Of a stretch of 64,000 nucleotides of DNA, positions 39,906 to 52,539 are shown piece after piece; the stretch's first letter is position 1, and every line of letters starts with the position of its first letter. Origin of the DNA: an uncultured delta proteobacterium. Its GTDB lineage: Bacteria; Desulfobacterota; Binatia; Binatales; Binataceae. Location: positions 2,944,001 to 3,008,000 of the forward strand of contig CAWEEQ010000004.1 in NCBI GenBank assembly GCA_963808235.1, read 5' to 3'. The translations under genes and the position numbers were made by a program. The notes beneath the pieces were generated by a model that had not been told where the DNA came from, searched no databases, and saw only the letters and a list, made by a program, of their open reading frames with translations.

Positions 39906-40217
39906 GGGCGCCCATCACATCACGCAGCCCGCATCTCGATCACGCTCGCGCCCACAGCTTCGTGCCTCGTCCCCTTTTTTTGTGTCATTCTGAGCGAAGC
40001 GAAGAATCCCGGATCTTTCTCAGCGCCAATTCCACCACGCCTTGCGCGCACCCCCCGATGCGCCCGCGCACAAGATCCGACTCCTTACGTCAGGGAGAAA
40101 CTCTTTGAACACTCGCCTCGCCCGCCGCTGGCGACTTCGTCACCATCCGTGATCGGGTGAGGGCGCCCGACACCAGCACTCACTCACACAGCCCGCATCT
40201 CGATCACGCTCGCGCCC
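39887..40217. repeat. imperfect ~70 bp direct repeat (39887-39953 and 40144-40217) around a ~190 bp insert
   Basis: CATCCGTG..GGGTGAGGGCGCCC..TCAC(G/A)CAGCCCGCATCTCGATCACGCTCGCGCCC occurs twice. Confidence 0.85.
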
Positions 40218-41581
40218 GCGCCCGCACGCAGCACCGACCTGAACTCTTCAACTGCGTCGCCCGGATAAAACTTCGCGTAATATCCACGATCGATCGATTC
40301 GATCACCGACACCGCCGCGTCCGCCTCGCACAGCGCCACGATCGATCCTCCAAACCCCGCGCCCGTAAGCCGCGCCCCAAGCGCACCGCCATCGCGCGCA
40401 CACTCAACCATCGCATCGAGCCGCGCGGTGCTGCATTCGAAATCATCGGCGAGACTCCGATGCGACCGGTTCATCAAATCGCCCATCTCTGCGAGGCGCC
40501 CCGCTTCGAGCGCGTCCGTCGCGCGAATCACCCGCTCCGTTTCACTGAGCACATGACGCGCGCGTTTCAGAATTTCCAGCGGCCGTTTCGCGTCGAGCAC
40601 GATACGAGTCGCCCCCTCGCCAAGCAGCTCCGCCTCGAGCAATGAATGTGGCACGCCGATAATTTGCGCAGCTTCCTTCAGATCGGCGCCGAGTCGCTCG
40701 GGCGCACTATGCGCCAGCGTCGCGATCAACTCCGCCGCACTCCAGTCGCTCAGCGTACGGACGACGTCGCCGAGGATTCTCATCTTGTCGAGCTTCAACG
40801 CCCGACCCAGTATTCGCGCCGCGACCGCGCATTCCACCACGCGCCGATTATATTCGGCGCGCACTTTGCCCGACTTGTCCGCGACCTCGCGGCTGTCGGC
40901 TACCACAAGAGCCGCGTTCGACGGCATCTTCACGCGACGCACTCTGAGCGGATCAAACTCAATAAACAGCACATGGTCGCGACGCCCGAGAATCGACGCC
41001 GCCTGATCCATTCCGCCCGCCCGCGTCCCGACATACCACTCGCTGCGCGCAATCATCGCCGCCGCTTCGAGCGGTTCGAGCTCGAGCCCATTCACCGCCA
41101 TAAACGCCATCGCACTGGACACGGTGAGCGCAGCTGACGACGACAGCCCCGCAGCCGCCGGCACGCGCCCCTCGACGACCATCACCGCGCCGCGCAAATT
41201 TTCGACCTCGATAGCTCGCGCACCGAAGTGATCGACGACGCCCTGCACCGCCGCCTTGACGTAGTTAGCCCAATCGCCGGTTTGGTACGGCGGTATCTGC
41301 CGCTCGACTGTGAAACGCCGCGACGCCCATCGCGAATCAGCATTCGAGATTTCGATCTCACGTGCAGTGTTCGCGGATGCGACCACAATCGTAGATCGAT
41401 CGATCGCAACCGGCAGCACCGGCAGCCCGCTATAGTCAGTATGCTCCCCAATAAGATTCACCCGCCCCGGCGCCCGCACCGCAAACACCCGCGCCTCCGC
41501 ACCCACCCGCCCCCGCACCTGGGATGCGAGCCGCCCCGCCCGCTCAAGCTCCGCACTATCCCATCCATTCGCGTCAATCAT
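40184..41581 (-). CDS. galK: galactokinase (GHMP kinase)
   Basis: APGRVNLIGEHTDY, GLSSSAA, GGMDQ, GARLTGAGFGG. Confidence 0.92.
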   Translation of the reverse strand: MIDANGWDSAELERAGRLASQVRGRVGAEARVFAVRAPGRVNLIGEHTDYSGLPVLPVAIDRSTIVVASANTAREIEISNADSRWASRRFTVERQIPPYQTGDWANYVKAAVQGVVDHFGARAIEVENLRGAVMVVEGRVPAAAGLSSSAALTVSSAMAFMAVNGLELEPLEAAAMIARSEWYVGTRAGGMDQAASILGRRDHVLFIEFDPLRVRRVKMPSNAALVVADSREVADKSGKVRAEYNRRVVECAVAARILGRALKLDKMRILGDVVRTLSDWSAAELIATLAHSAPERLGADLKEAAQIIGVPHSLLEAELLGEGATRIVLDAKRPLEILKRARHVLSETERVIRATDALEAGRLAEMGDLMNRSHRSLADDFECSTARLDAMVECARDGGALGARLTGAGFGGSIVALCEADAAVSVIESIDRGYYAKFYPGDAVEEFRSVLRAGAGASVIEMRAV

Positions 41582-41599
41582 CGCCGAATTTCTATTGAT

Positions 41600-41641
41600 C
41601 CGGTTCCCCTTCCCACATGGGAAGGGGTTGGGGGTTAGGTT
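41600..41641. repeat. REP-like repeat, copy C
   Basis: CCCCTTCCC-ACAT-GGGAAGGGG perfect hairpin followed by a G/T tail ending GGTTAGGT. Confidence 0.7.
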
Positions 41642-41650
41642 GACTGAGGA

Positions 41651-42412
41651 TCAGTGGTTAGCTTTCCTCTTCGGCCGAAACCACGCCCGCGCCTTTTCGA
41701 GATCCTCCACCGTCCCCACATCACTCCAGAACCCGCGCATATCCACCGCGCTCACGATGCGCCCGTCCGCGATCATCTTCGCGATCGCACCCGGCACCTC
41801 GATCTCTCCGCGCGAGGACTTCTCGAGCCTCGCAATGTAATCGAAAATCATCGGCCCCGCCGCGAACAGCCCCGCATTGTTCCACTCCGTCTTCGCGGTC
41901 CCTGCCTCCGGCTTTTCCTCGAGCCGCTCGACCTGCATATCCTTGCTCACGTAAACCGCCGCGCCGCGAAAAGGATCCTTCACCCGGTTCACTGCCAGCA
42001 GCAGGTCGTACTCATCCACGCGCGCATGATGCATAAACCGCGGATAGTTCGCGCGGTCCATCAAAATATCGCCCCACCCGAAAACAAACCGCGCCTCGCC
42101 GCCAAGATGCGTTTTCACCGCGAGCATCGCGCCGCCAGTCCCATTCAGTTCCGGCTGTCTGACCGTCGTAATTTTGATTCCCGGATTCTGTCGCGAATAA
42201 CTTTTCGCCCATTGTTCGATTTGTTCCGGCAAATAACCCGTCACCACGACGAAATTCGCCAGCCCAGCACCAACAAACGCATCGACGATATGCGCAATCA
42301 GCGGCGACCCAGCGATATCCAGGATGGGCTTGGGCGTATCGATAGTCGCATCGCCCAGGCGCTTCCCGCGTCCCGCCGCGAGCAGCACCGCCGTCGTGAT
42401 TTCAACCGCCAC
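41651..42412 (-). CDS. sugar-phosphate nucleotidyltransferase
   Basis: LAAGRGKRL..PKP, QPELNGTGGA, EEKP, RGEIE, WSDVGT. Confidence 0.9.
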   Translation of the reverse strand: MAVEITTAVLLAAGRGKRLGDATIDTPKPILDIAGSPLIAHIVDAFVGAGLANFVVVTGYLPEQIEQWAKSYSRQNPGIKITTVRQPELNGTGGAMLAVKTHLGGEARFVFGWGDILMDRANYPRFMHHARVDEYDLLLAVNRVKDPFRGAAVYVSKDMQVERLEEKPEAGTAKTEWNNAGLFAAGPMIFDYIARLEKSSRGEIEVPGAIAKMIADGRIVSAVDMRGFWSDVGTVEDLEKARAWFRPKRKANH

Positions 42413-42730
42413 GCGGTCAAGGATAGCAGTTTGCCTAATGCACAGGATCGCCACAAAAGTTCAGGGATGAACTGTTCAGCCTGACGCGACGCAAAAATCC
42501 ATGGAATTCTGTCTCCGTGACGAATCCGCATGAAACCCCGGCTACCCACCCGGTCCCACTTAGAGCAGCGTGCGGAAAACAAGATTTTTTTCTCCCACCA
42601 GAGGAAGTGCGAAACCCACTATGGGTTTCGCATCCTGATCTTCCTGCCCTCTCCCTTAGCGCTTGGCTGACGGCATATACTTGGATATGAGTTGAACCAC
42701 AGCGCCCAAAAGCAAGTTGAAAAATACAAA

Positions 42731-43903
42731 ATGTTTGGTGAGATAAGTCCCCGCAAGAAAGCCCGTGCCCCCTTTATTTCCATCGAGGAAGCCCTTGAGG
42801 AAACTCGCCGCGGCCACATGATCATCATGATGGACGATGAGCAGCGCGAAAATGAAGGCGATCTCTGCATGGCGGCCGAAAAGGCCACCCCCGAAGCAAT
42901 CAACTTCATGGCCAGGTTCGGACGCGGACTCATCTGCCTCCCGATGTCCGCGGAGCGAATCGATCGCCTCGGACTCGGCATGATGGTCGGCGACAACCAG
43001 GCTCCGCTCGGCACCGCATTCACTACCGCAATCACCTCGCGCCGCGCGTCAGGCTCCGGTATCTCGGCGCAGGATCGTTCGATCACGATTCTGTCCGCCG
43101 TGCGCGAGGACGCCACCGGCGCCGAGTTCATCACTCCCGGCTACGTCTATCCGCTGCGCGCGCGCGAAGGCGGCGTGCTGGTCCGCACCGGCCAGACCGA
43201 AGGTGCGGTCGATCTCTCGCGGCTGGCCGGCCTCAAGCCAGCCGGCGTCATCTGCGAAATTCTGAAAGAAGACGGCACGATGGCGCGGCGCGACGATCTC
43301 GTCGAGTTCGCTCGAGTGCACGGACTAAAAATTATCACCGTCGCCGATATCATCGAGTACCGGCTTCGCAACGAGACGATGGTCCAACGCATAGCCGAGG
43401 CGAAACTGCCGACTGCGTTCGGCGAGTTCAGCGCGCTGGTTTATCGCAACCTCGTCGATTACACCGAGCATCTGGTCCTCGTGATGGGCAAGGTCGATCC
43501 GGCCAAGCCAATTCTGGTCCGCGCGCATCGCGAATACCTGCCCGGCGACGTGTTCGGCTACACCACCCGTAACACCCGCAGCCTGCTGCGCTCCGCGATG
43601 GAACGAATCGCGGCCGCCGGCGAAGGCGTGCTGCTCTACTTGAAGCGCGAGTCCAATGCGATCGCCGCGGAGCTCGACGGCGGACGTAAACCTGGCCGCG
43701 CAAGCACGGGCCACAACACCCCCGAGGCCGATTTCCGCGACTACGGAATCGGCGCGCAGATCCTCCGCGACGTCGGCGTGCGCAAAATGATCATCATGTC
43801 CGACGCGACCCCGCGCCTCGCCAACCTGCCCGGCTACGGACTCGAGATCGTCGGTTCAGTCCCGCTATCGACCAACGGCAAGCACAGCGCCGCCGCAAAA
43901 TAG
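42731..43903 (+). CDS. ribB: DHBP synthase fused to a degenerate GTP cyclohydrolase II domain (RibBX-like)
   Basis: DDEQRENEGD, GLICLP, GVICEI; the C-domain lacks the Zn-binding cysteines. Confidence 0.88.
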   Translation: MFGEISPRKKARAPFISIEEALEETRRGHMIIMMDDEQRENEGDLCMAAEKATPEAINFMARFGRGLICLPMSAERIDRLGLGMMVGDNQAPLGTAFTTAITSRRASGSGISAQDRSITILSAVREDATGAEFITPGYVYPLRAREGGVLVRTGQTEGAVDLSRLAGLKPAGVICEILKEDGTMARRDDLVEFARVHGLKIITVADIIEYRLRNETMVQRIAEAKLPTAFGEFSALVYRNLVDYTEHLVLVMGKVDPAKPILVRAHREYLPGDVFGYTTRNTRSLLRSAMERIAAAGEGVLLYLKRESNAIAAELDGGRKPGRASTGHNTPEADFRDYGIGAQILRDVGVRKMIIMSDATPRLANLPGYGLEIVGSVPLSTNGKHSAAAK

Positions 43904-43943
43904 ATGCTCACGTTACACGTTAAAGTGGAACCGGAGCCGCCGC

Positions 43944-43988
43944 GACGTTGTTTTGATTACTGAACAGACGTTGTTTTGATTACTGAAC
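43944..43988. repeat. perfect 22-bp tandem direct repeat
   Basis: GACGTTGTTTTGATTACTGAAC at 43944-43965 and 43967-43988. Confidence 0.9.
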
Positions 43989-43990
43989 CA

Positions 43991-45802
43991 ATGATCTTTT
44001 CCGAATCCCGCACTTTGCCGCACCGGAAAGCTCGCCTCCTTCGGGCCGCGCTGATGTCGCTGGCGCTCGCTGGATTGATTTTCGCTCCGGTCGCAAGCGC
44101 GCAGACTCCCAAGGCAAATGAACTCGTAAAAATCACCTCCGCAAAAATCGACCCGCCACTTCACGCCGGCAGTGCAACCACTCTGAAAGTCGCCGCCCAG
44201 GTCGTCGCCGGATGGCATATCAACTCGAACAAGCCCTTCAGCGAGGATTACATCCCGACCAAGCTCGAGGTGAAAGGTCCCGTCAGCATCGCGCCCGGCG
44301 CGATTAAGTATCCGCCTGCAGAAACGATGACGCTCGAGTTCGCGGCCGGCGACAAGCTCTCCGTCTTCGGCGGCGACATCAACTTCGAAGTGCCGCTCAA
44401 AGCCGCCGCCGATTTCGCGCCCAAGCCGGGCGACGCGCTCACCGTCACCATCGATTACCAGGGATGCAACAACACCGAATGCCTGCGGCCGGCGTCAGTG
44501 AGCACCACCATACCGCTCGCAACCTCACCCGCTAACGCATCGGAAGGTTTGCAGGCAATCGGCGCGCTCGCATCGGCAGGCGAAATCGGCGGCAACGGTC
44601 GGCAAGGCGGCGCGATCGACGGAATTTTCAAAAATCACGGATGGTTGCTCGGTTTCCTCGCCGTATTTCTCGGCGGCCTCGCGCTGAATCTCACCCCCTG
44701 CGTCTATCCGCTGATCGGAGTGACGATCGCATACTTCGGCAACCAGAGCGGGAGCCATCGTCGCGTGATGACGCTGGCGATCTTTTTCGTACTCGGAATC
44801 GCGATCACCTTCTCGTCGGTCGGCGTCGCGGCCGCTTTGTCTGGCGGACTGTTCGGCGCTGCGATGCAGAATCGATTCGTCCTGATTGCGCTTGCCGCGA
44901 TGCTCCTGGTGCTGGCCGCGTCGAGCTTCGGCTTGTTCGTCCTGAACCCTCCGCAATGGCTGCTGCAACGGGCGGGCGCCGCGCATCCCGGCAATGCGGG
45001 CGCGCTCGCGATGGGCCTCGGGATGGGCGTGGTCGCGGCGCCATGTATCGGGCCAATCGTGCTGGGCTTGCTCCTGATGGTCGAGCGGAGCGGTAGCGCG
45101 ATTTTCGGCTTCGCGCTGTTCTTCACTCTCGCGCTCGGACTCGGCCTGCCGTATATCGCACTCGCGATGGCGGCCGGGCACATCCGCCGGATGCCGCGCT
45201 CGGGCGAATGGCTCACGTGGGTCGAGCAGCTTTTCGGTTTCGTGCTGGTCGGCCTCGCACTCTATTTTCTCGATCCGGTCTTTCCTAACAACCTGATGAC
45301 ACGCATCCTGCCCTACTACGCCGCCGGCGTCGGAATCTTTCTCGGTTTCGTCACGCCCGAGGGCAGAAACTGGCGGCCGTTCCTGGTGCTCAGATCGGGT
45401 CTGGGGATCGTCGCGGTAATCGCGCTCGGATTCCTGCTCTACCAGCGCCAGGCGTCGCAGCCGCTTCGATTCGAACCGTTCACCTCCGAGATGCTCGCGT
45501 CGGCGGCCGAACAGCGCAAGCCCGTGCTGATCGATTTCAGCGCGGAATGGTGTATCCCATGCCGCGAGATGGAGCATTCGACCTTCATCGATCCCTCAGT
45601 CGTCACCGAGTCGAAACGATTCGTGCTGATGAAGGCCAATCTGACCGCGCAGGATAAGCGCACCGAAGAGCTGACCAGCAAGTACGAAATCCAGGGCGTG
45701 CCAACCACGATGCTTATCGATTCTGCGGGCAAGGTTAGGGAACGCAAGGTCGGTTACATCGGCCCGCGCGAGTTCCTGTCCGACCTCCGCAACGTCGACT
45801 GA
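43991..45802 (+). CDS. dsbD: thiol:disulfide interchange protein DsbD
   Basis: N-domain YQGCNNTECL, LTPCVYP, AAPCIGP, thioredoxin WCIPC. Confidence 0.93.
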   Translation: MIFSESRTLPHRKARLLRAALMSLALAGLIFAPVASAQTPKANELVKITSAKIDPPLHAGSATTLKVAAQVVAGWHINSNKPFSEDYIPTKLEVKGPVSIAPGAIKYPPAETMTLEFAAGDKLSVFGGDINFEVPLKAAADFAPKPGDALTVTIDYQGCNNTECLRPASVSTTIPLATSPANASEGLQAIGALASAGEIGGNGRQGGAIDGIFKNHGWLLGFLAVFLGGLALNLTPCVYPLIGVTIAYFGNQSGSHRRVMTLAIFFVLGIAITFSSVGVAAALSGGLFGAAMQNRFVLIALAAMLLVLAASSFGLFVLNPPQWLLQRAGAAHPGNAGALAMGLGMGVVAAPCIGPIVLGLLLMVERSGSAIFGFALFFTLALGLGLPYIALAMAAGHIRRMPRSGEWLTWVEQLFGFVLVGLALYFLDPVFPNNLMTRILPYYAAGVGIFLGFVTPEGRNWRPFLVLRSGLGIVAVIALGFLLYQRQASQPLRFEPFTSEMLASAAEQRKPVLIDFSAEWCIPCREMEHSTFIDPSVVTESKRFVLMKANLTAQDKRTEELTSKYEIQGVPTTMLIDSAGKVRERKVGYIGPREFLSDLRNVD

Positions 45803-45810
45803 GGTATGCG

Positions 45811-46503
45811 ATGACTACACCGAGCGACGGATTCGTGCGCGAGATTTTCGCGATGGTCAAAGAGCGGCGCTCTTTCGGACGGCATCCGATCTGGCTGCAG
45901 ATTCGCGACGGCAAGGTCTCGCAGGCCGGGCTCTGCAACTTCGCGACCCAGTTCTTCCTCCAGGTGCGCGAATTTCCACGCGCTCTCAGCGCGCTGCATT
46001 CGCGATGCTTCAATGCCGACGAACGCGTGAAGCTGGCGGAGAGCCTGTACGAGGAAGAGACCGGAAAGATTTCCGGCAGCGCGCCGCATCCCGAGCTCTT
46101 CATCCGGCTCGGTCTCGGACTCGGCCTCAGCCGCGACGACATGGTTCACGGCAAGGCGCTGCCCTCCACGGCGGCGCTGATCGATTGGTTCGAGCTCTCG
46201 ACCAAGGATCGCTCATTCGCGGAGGGAATCGGCGCGATCAACATCGCCGCCGAAGGCCAGGTGCCGGGCAACTTCGCGCCGTTCGCGCGCGGTCTCGAAA
46301 AACATTACGGACTCTCGCGCGAGCAGGTCGCGTTTTTCGACGTGCATGAAATCGCCGACCGCGACCACAGCGACGTCGGCGACAATATCTTGAGCCAAAC
46401 TCCGATGAGCGAAATTGAACGCGCGAAAGTGTGGGCCGCAGTCGAGCGCTCACTCGACATGTGGTGGCAATTCTTCGACGGAATTCAGCGCGTCTGCGAT
46501 TGA
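45811..46503 (+). CDS. heme-oxygenase-like diiron protein (PqqC/TenA/CADD family)
   Basis: YEEETG...PHPELF, AEGQVP, FFDVHEIADRDH. Confidence 0.82.
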   Translation: MTTPSDGFVREIFAMVKERRSFGRHPIWLQIRDGKVSQAGLCNFATQFFLQVREFPRALSALHSRCFNADERVKLAESLYEEETGKISGSAPHPELFIRLGLGLGLSRDDMVHGKALPSTAALIDWFELSTKDRSFAEGIGAINIAAEGQVPGNFAPFARGLEKHYGLSREQVAFFDVHEIADRDHSDVGDNILSQTPMSEIERAKVWAAVERSLDMWWQFFDGIQRVCD

Positions 46504-46651
46504 AAAGCGAAAATTCCGGGTCGGTCAGGCAAGCCATTTTCGTTTCCATCTTTTCGCGAAATTCTTTGGCGCGCCGGGGGCCCTTTTTGGAGAGGATCGG
46601 TGCATAGTTCAGCCTGCATAATCATGTTTTGTTAACGTCCTCTAATAGTTT

Positions 46652-46724
46652 TGTGGACAGGCCTCGATGGCTCTGCGCTATTAAGCTATAAAACGCCCAT
46701 CGAGGGGCCTGTTTTCTATCCACA
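46652..46724. promoter_or_regulatory. inverted DnaA-box-like pair around an inverted repeat, upstream of gyrB
   Basis: TGTGGACAG (46652-46660) and CTATCCACA (46716-46724) versus consensus TTATCCACA, in an AT-rich gap. Confidence 0.45.
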
Positions 46725-46749
46725 GGTGCCTAATACAAATACTGTTTGA

Positions 46750-49272
<2,523 letters not shown>

Positions 49273-49344
49273 CGCGCGGCCGATGAAGCGCGGCAAACAT
49301 TCTGAAATCATACGCGCCGCGTGGCGCGCGCAGGTTTAGCGTAA

Positions 49345-51888
49345 ATGGCTGAGACCAACGGGAACACTCCGCTTCATAACGAACCCACGCTCCTGAATAT
49401 CGAAGACGACATGCGGCAGTCCTACCTGGACTACGCGATGTCGGTAAATATCGGGCGCGCGCTGCCGCAAATTCGCGACGGCCTGAAACCGGTGCATCGG
49501 CGGATTCTCTACGCGATGTTCCGCGAAGGGTTGCTCGCGAACCGGCGCTATTCGAAATGCGCTGGCGTCGTGGGCGAGGTCCTCAAGCGCTACCATCCGC
49601 ACGGCGACATGTCGGTGTACGACGCGCTGGTTCGGATGGCGCAGCCGTTTTCATTGCGTTACCCGCTGGTCGACGGGCAAGGAAATTTCGGCTCCGTCGA
49701 TGGCGACCCGCCCGCCGCTTATCGTTACACCGAGTGCAAATTGACGCGGCTGGCGGAGCGGATGCTCGCCGATATCGACAAGGACACCGTCGATTTCGTC
49801 CCGAACTACGACGGACAGCACACGGAGCCCGAGATCCTGCCCTCGCAGATACCGAATCTTTTGATCAACGGCTCGGACGGAATCGCAGTTGGGATGGCGA
49901 CCAATATTCCGCCGCACAACCTCGGCGAGATTTGCGACGCCCTGCTCGCGCTCATCAACAAGCCGGGTATCACGCACGAAGAAATCCTCGACATCGTGCC
50001 GGGTCCCGACTTTCCGACCGGCGCGCAGTTGCTCGGCAAGCAGGCGATTCGCAACGCGTACCTGACCGGCCGCGGCACGCTAACGATGCGTGCGTTGGCG
50101 GCGATCGAAACCGACAAGCGCAGTTCGCGCGCGTCGATCATCGTCCGCGAAATTCCGTACCAGGTGAACAAGGCGCGGATGATCGAGCGGATGGCCGAGC
50201 TGGTCAACGAAAAGCGAATAGAAGGAATCAGCGACCTGCGCGACGAATCGGATCGCGACGGGATGCGGATCGTAATCGAGCTCAAGCGCGATGCCGAGCC
50301 CCGGATCGTGCTGAACCAGCTCTACAAGCTGACCCAGATGCAGCAGGGTTACGGGATCATCTTACTGGGCATCCACGAGGGGCGGCCCAAGGAAATGAAT
50401 CTGCTGCAGATGCTCGACGCGTTCCTCGAGCATCGCAAAATAGTCATCACGCGGCGCACGCGCTTCGAGTTGAAGGAAGCCGAGGCGCGGCGTCACATCC
50501 TGGACGGGCTCTTGATCGCGCTCAAAAACCTCGACGCGGTGATCAAGCTGATTCGCGGATCGAAGGACGCCGAGACTGCACGCGGCGGCCTGATGAAGCA
50601 ATTCGGGCTCTCGCAGTTGCAGGCGCAGGCGATCCTCGATCTCACGCTGCGCCGGCTTACCTCGCTGGAGCGCGAGAAGATCGAAACCGAGCACAAGGAA
50701 ACCGTCGAGCTGATCGCGCGGCTCAAGAAAATTCTCGCCGACGAAAAGGAACTGCTCAAGATAATCGCCAAAGAACTCGAAGAGATCAAAAAGGAATTCG
50801 CGGATCCTCGTCGCACCCAGATAATCGAGGCCGAGGGCGAGTTCTCGATCGAAGATCTTATCGTCGAAGAGGACCAGCTCGTCACCGTCACTCACGGCGG
50901 CTATATCAAGCGCACTCCGCTCTCGCTGTATCGCACGCAAAAGCGCGGCGGGCGCGGAAAAATCGGCGCGACCACAACCGAAGAAGACTTCGTCGAGCAC
51001 CTCGAGCGCGTCTCGACGCACGACCGCCTGATGTTCTTCACCAGCGCGGGAAAAGTTTACGAGCTGAAGGCCTACGAACTGCCCGAGGGCGGGCGCGCGG
51101 CCAAAGGGCGCTCGATCGCGAACCTGCTGAGCCTCGCGAACGACGAGACGCTGTCCGCATTCATCCCGGTGCCACGCGACACCGCCAGCAAATTCGTCTT
51201 TTTCTCGACTCGTCGCGGACGGGTGAAGAAAACCGCGCTCGACGAGTACGAAAATATTCGCTCGACCGGAATCATCGCGATCAACCTTGAAGACGGAGAC
51301 ACGCTCGTCGACGTACGAATCACCGACGGCAATCAACAGATCGTGCTCTCGACGCGCGAGGGGCAGGCGATTCGCTTCAAGGAAGAAGAGGCGCGCCCGA
51401 TGGGCCGCGCGACTGGCGGCGTGGTCGGCATGGAACTCGAGTCGCAGCCGATCAAAGAAGGAAAGACCGTCACCCTGGTCGAGGACGAAGTCGTCTCGAT
51501 GTCCACGGTGCGCGACGACGAAACGCTGCTCACGGTTTCGGAGCTCGGCTACGGCAAACGCACGCCCGCTTCGGATTACAGATTGACGCATCGCGGCGGC
51601 AAGGGGGTCATCACGATGAACGTCACCGACAAAACGGGCAAAGTAATCAGCGTCCGGCAGGTCGGAATCGACGATCAGATGATGCTGATAACCGACGGCG
51701 GCAAAGTGATCAGGCTCGCGGTCAAGGGCGTGCGCATCACCGGCCGCAACGCGCAGGGCGTGCACATGGTGAGGCTCGAGGGCAACGAGCGCGTGCGCGC
51801 GGTCGCCGGCATGGCCGAGCGCGACGACGAAGACGCCAACGGCAACGGATCAAATGGTGACGGCGGCGCAGACGATTCTGACGAATAG
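49345..51888 (+). CDS. gyrA: DNA gyrase subunit A
   Basis: [22 protein letters not shown]; GyrA-box QKRGGRG. Confidence 0.98.
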   Translation: MAETNGNTPLHNEPTLLNIEDDMRQSYLDYAMSVNIGRALPQIRDGLKPVHRRILYAMFREGLLANRRYSKCAGVVGEVLKRYHPHGDMSVYDALVRMAQPFSLRYPLVDGQGNFGSVDGDPPAAYRYTECKLTRLAERMLADIDKDTVDFVPNYDGQHTEPEILPSQIPNLLINGSDGIAVGMATNIPPHNLGEICDALLALINKPGITHEEILDIVPGPDFPTGAQLLGKQAIRNAYLTGRGTLTMRALAAIETDKRSSRASIIVREIPYQVNKARMIERMAELVNEKRIEGISDLRDESDRDGMRIVIELKRDAEPRIVLNQLYKLTQMQQGYGIILLGIHEGRPKEMNLLQMLDAFLEHRKIVITRRTRFELKEAEARRHILDGLLIALKNLDAVIKLIRGSKDAETARGGLMKQFGLSQLQAQAILDLTLRRLTSLEREKIETEHKETVELIARLKKILADEKELLKIIAKELEEIKKEFADPRRTQIIEAEGEFSIEDLIVEEDQLVTVTHGGYIKRTPLSLYRTQKRGGRGKIGATTTEEDFVEHLERVSTHDRLMFFTSAGKVYELKAYELPEGGRAAKGRSIANLLSLANDETLSAFIPVPRDTASKFVFFSTRRGRVKKTALDEYENIRSTGIIAINLEDGDTLVDVRITDGNQQIVLSTREGQAIRFKEEEARPMGRATGGVVGMELESQPIKEGKTVTLVEDEVVSMSTVRDDETLLTVSELGYGKRTPASDYRLTHRGGKGVITMNVTDKTGKVISVRQVGIDDQMMLITDGGKVIRLAVKGVRITGRNAQGVHMVRLEGNERVRAVAGMAERDDEDANGNGSNGDGGADDSDE

Positions 51889-51921
51889 CTAATGGAGTGA
51901 CTATCTCAGATTAGTGACTAA

Positions 51922-52530
51922 CTATGCCTGCGCGCTCGGGCGCGACGACACTGCGCGATACCATCGGGCGAGATTTTTCTGTAACGGTTGAATCCGAATA
52001 TCCACGCTTCGCGCAAAGTCGATCATACATAGCGTCGTGATGTCGGCGATCGAGAACCGGTCGCCGGCGATGAATTCGCGATTCTCGAGATCCTCGTCCA
52101 GCCACGCGATTCGGTCGATTGCTGTGCGCTTCTGAATCTCGCCGAATTCCGCTATTCGGCGGCCACGTCCTTTCGCGACTTCGCTCAGGTGCGACCAGAC
52201 GTGGCCGACCGGCGCGAATATTTCGAGCTCGATTCTCCGGTTCCACATCTCGACCAAAGCCCGCTCGCGCGCGCCGACGCCGAACAGCGGAGGCTCTGGT
52301 TGCAGTTCCTCGAAGTAGCGGCAGATCGCGACGCTTTCCGCGAGGCAACTGCCGTCGTCGAGTTCCAATATCGGAAGCGAGCCCGACGGATTCTTTTTGT
52401 AGAACTCGGGCGTGCGATTCGCGTTCTTCATGATGTCCACTTGCACCAGTGGAACCGCGATTCCCTTCTCCGCGAGGAAGATTCTCACTCGGCGCGGGCT
52501 CGGCGCGAGCGTAAAGTCATACATCTTCAT
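51922..52530 (-). CDS. glutathione S-transferase family protein
   Basis: SPRRVRIFLAEKG, LAESVAICRY, FSIADIT. Confidence 0.93.
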   Translation of the reverse strand: MKMYDFTLAPSPRRVRIFLAEKGIAVPLVQVDIMKNANRTPEFYKKNPSGSLPILELDDGSCLAESVAICRYFEELQPEPPLFGVGARERALVEMWNRRIELEIFAPVGHVWSHLSEVAKGRGRRIAEFGEIQKRTAIDRIAWLDEDLENREFIAGDRFSIADITTLCMIDFARSVDIRIQPLQKNLARWYRAVSSRPSAQA

Positions 52531-52539
52531 CGGAGTTTT

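Noticed and set aside
42455-42730. FMN riboswitch upstream of ribB
   Set aside because: No recognisable RFN consensus blocks.
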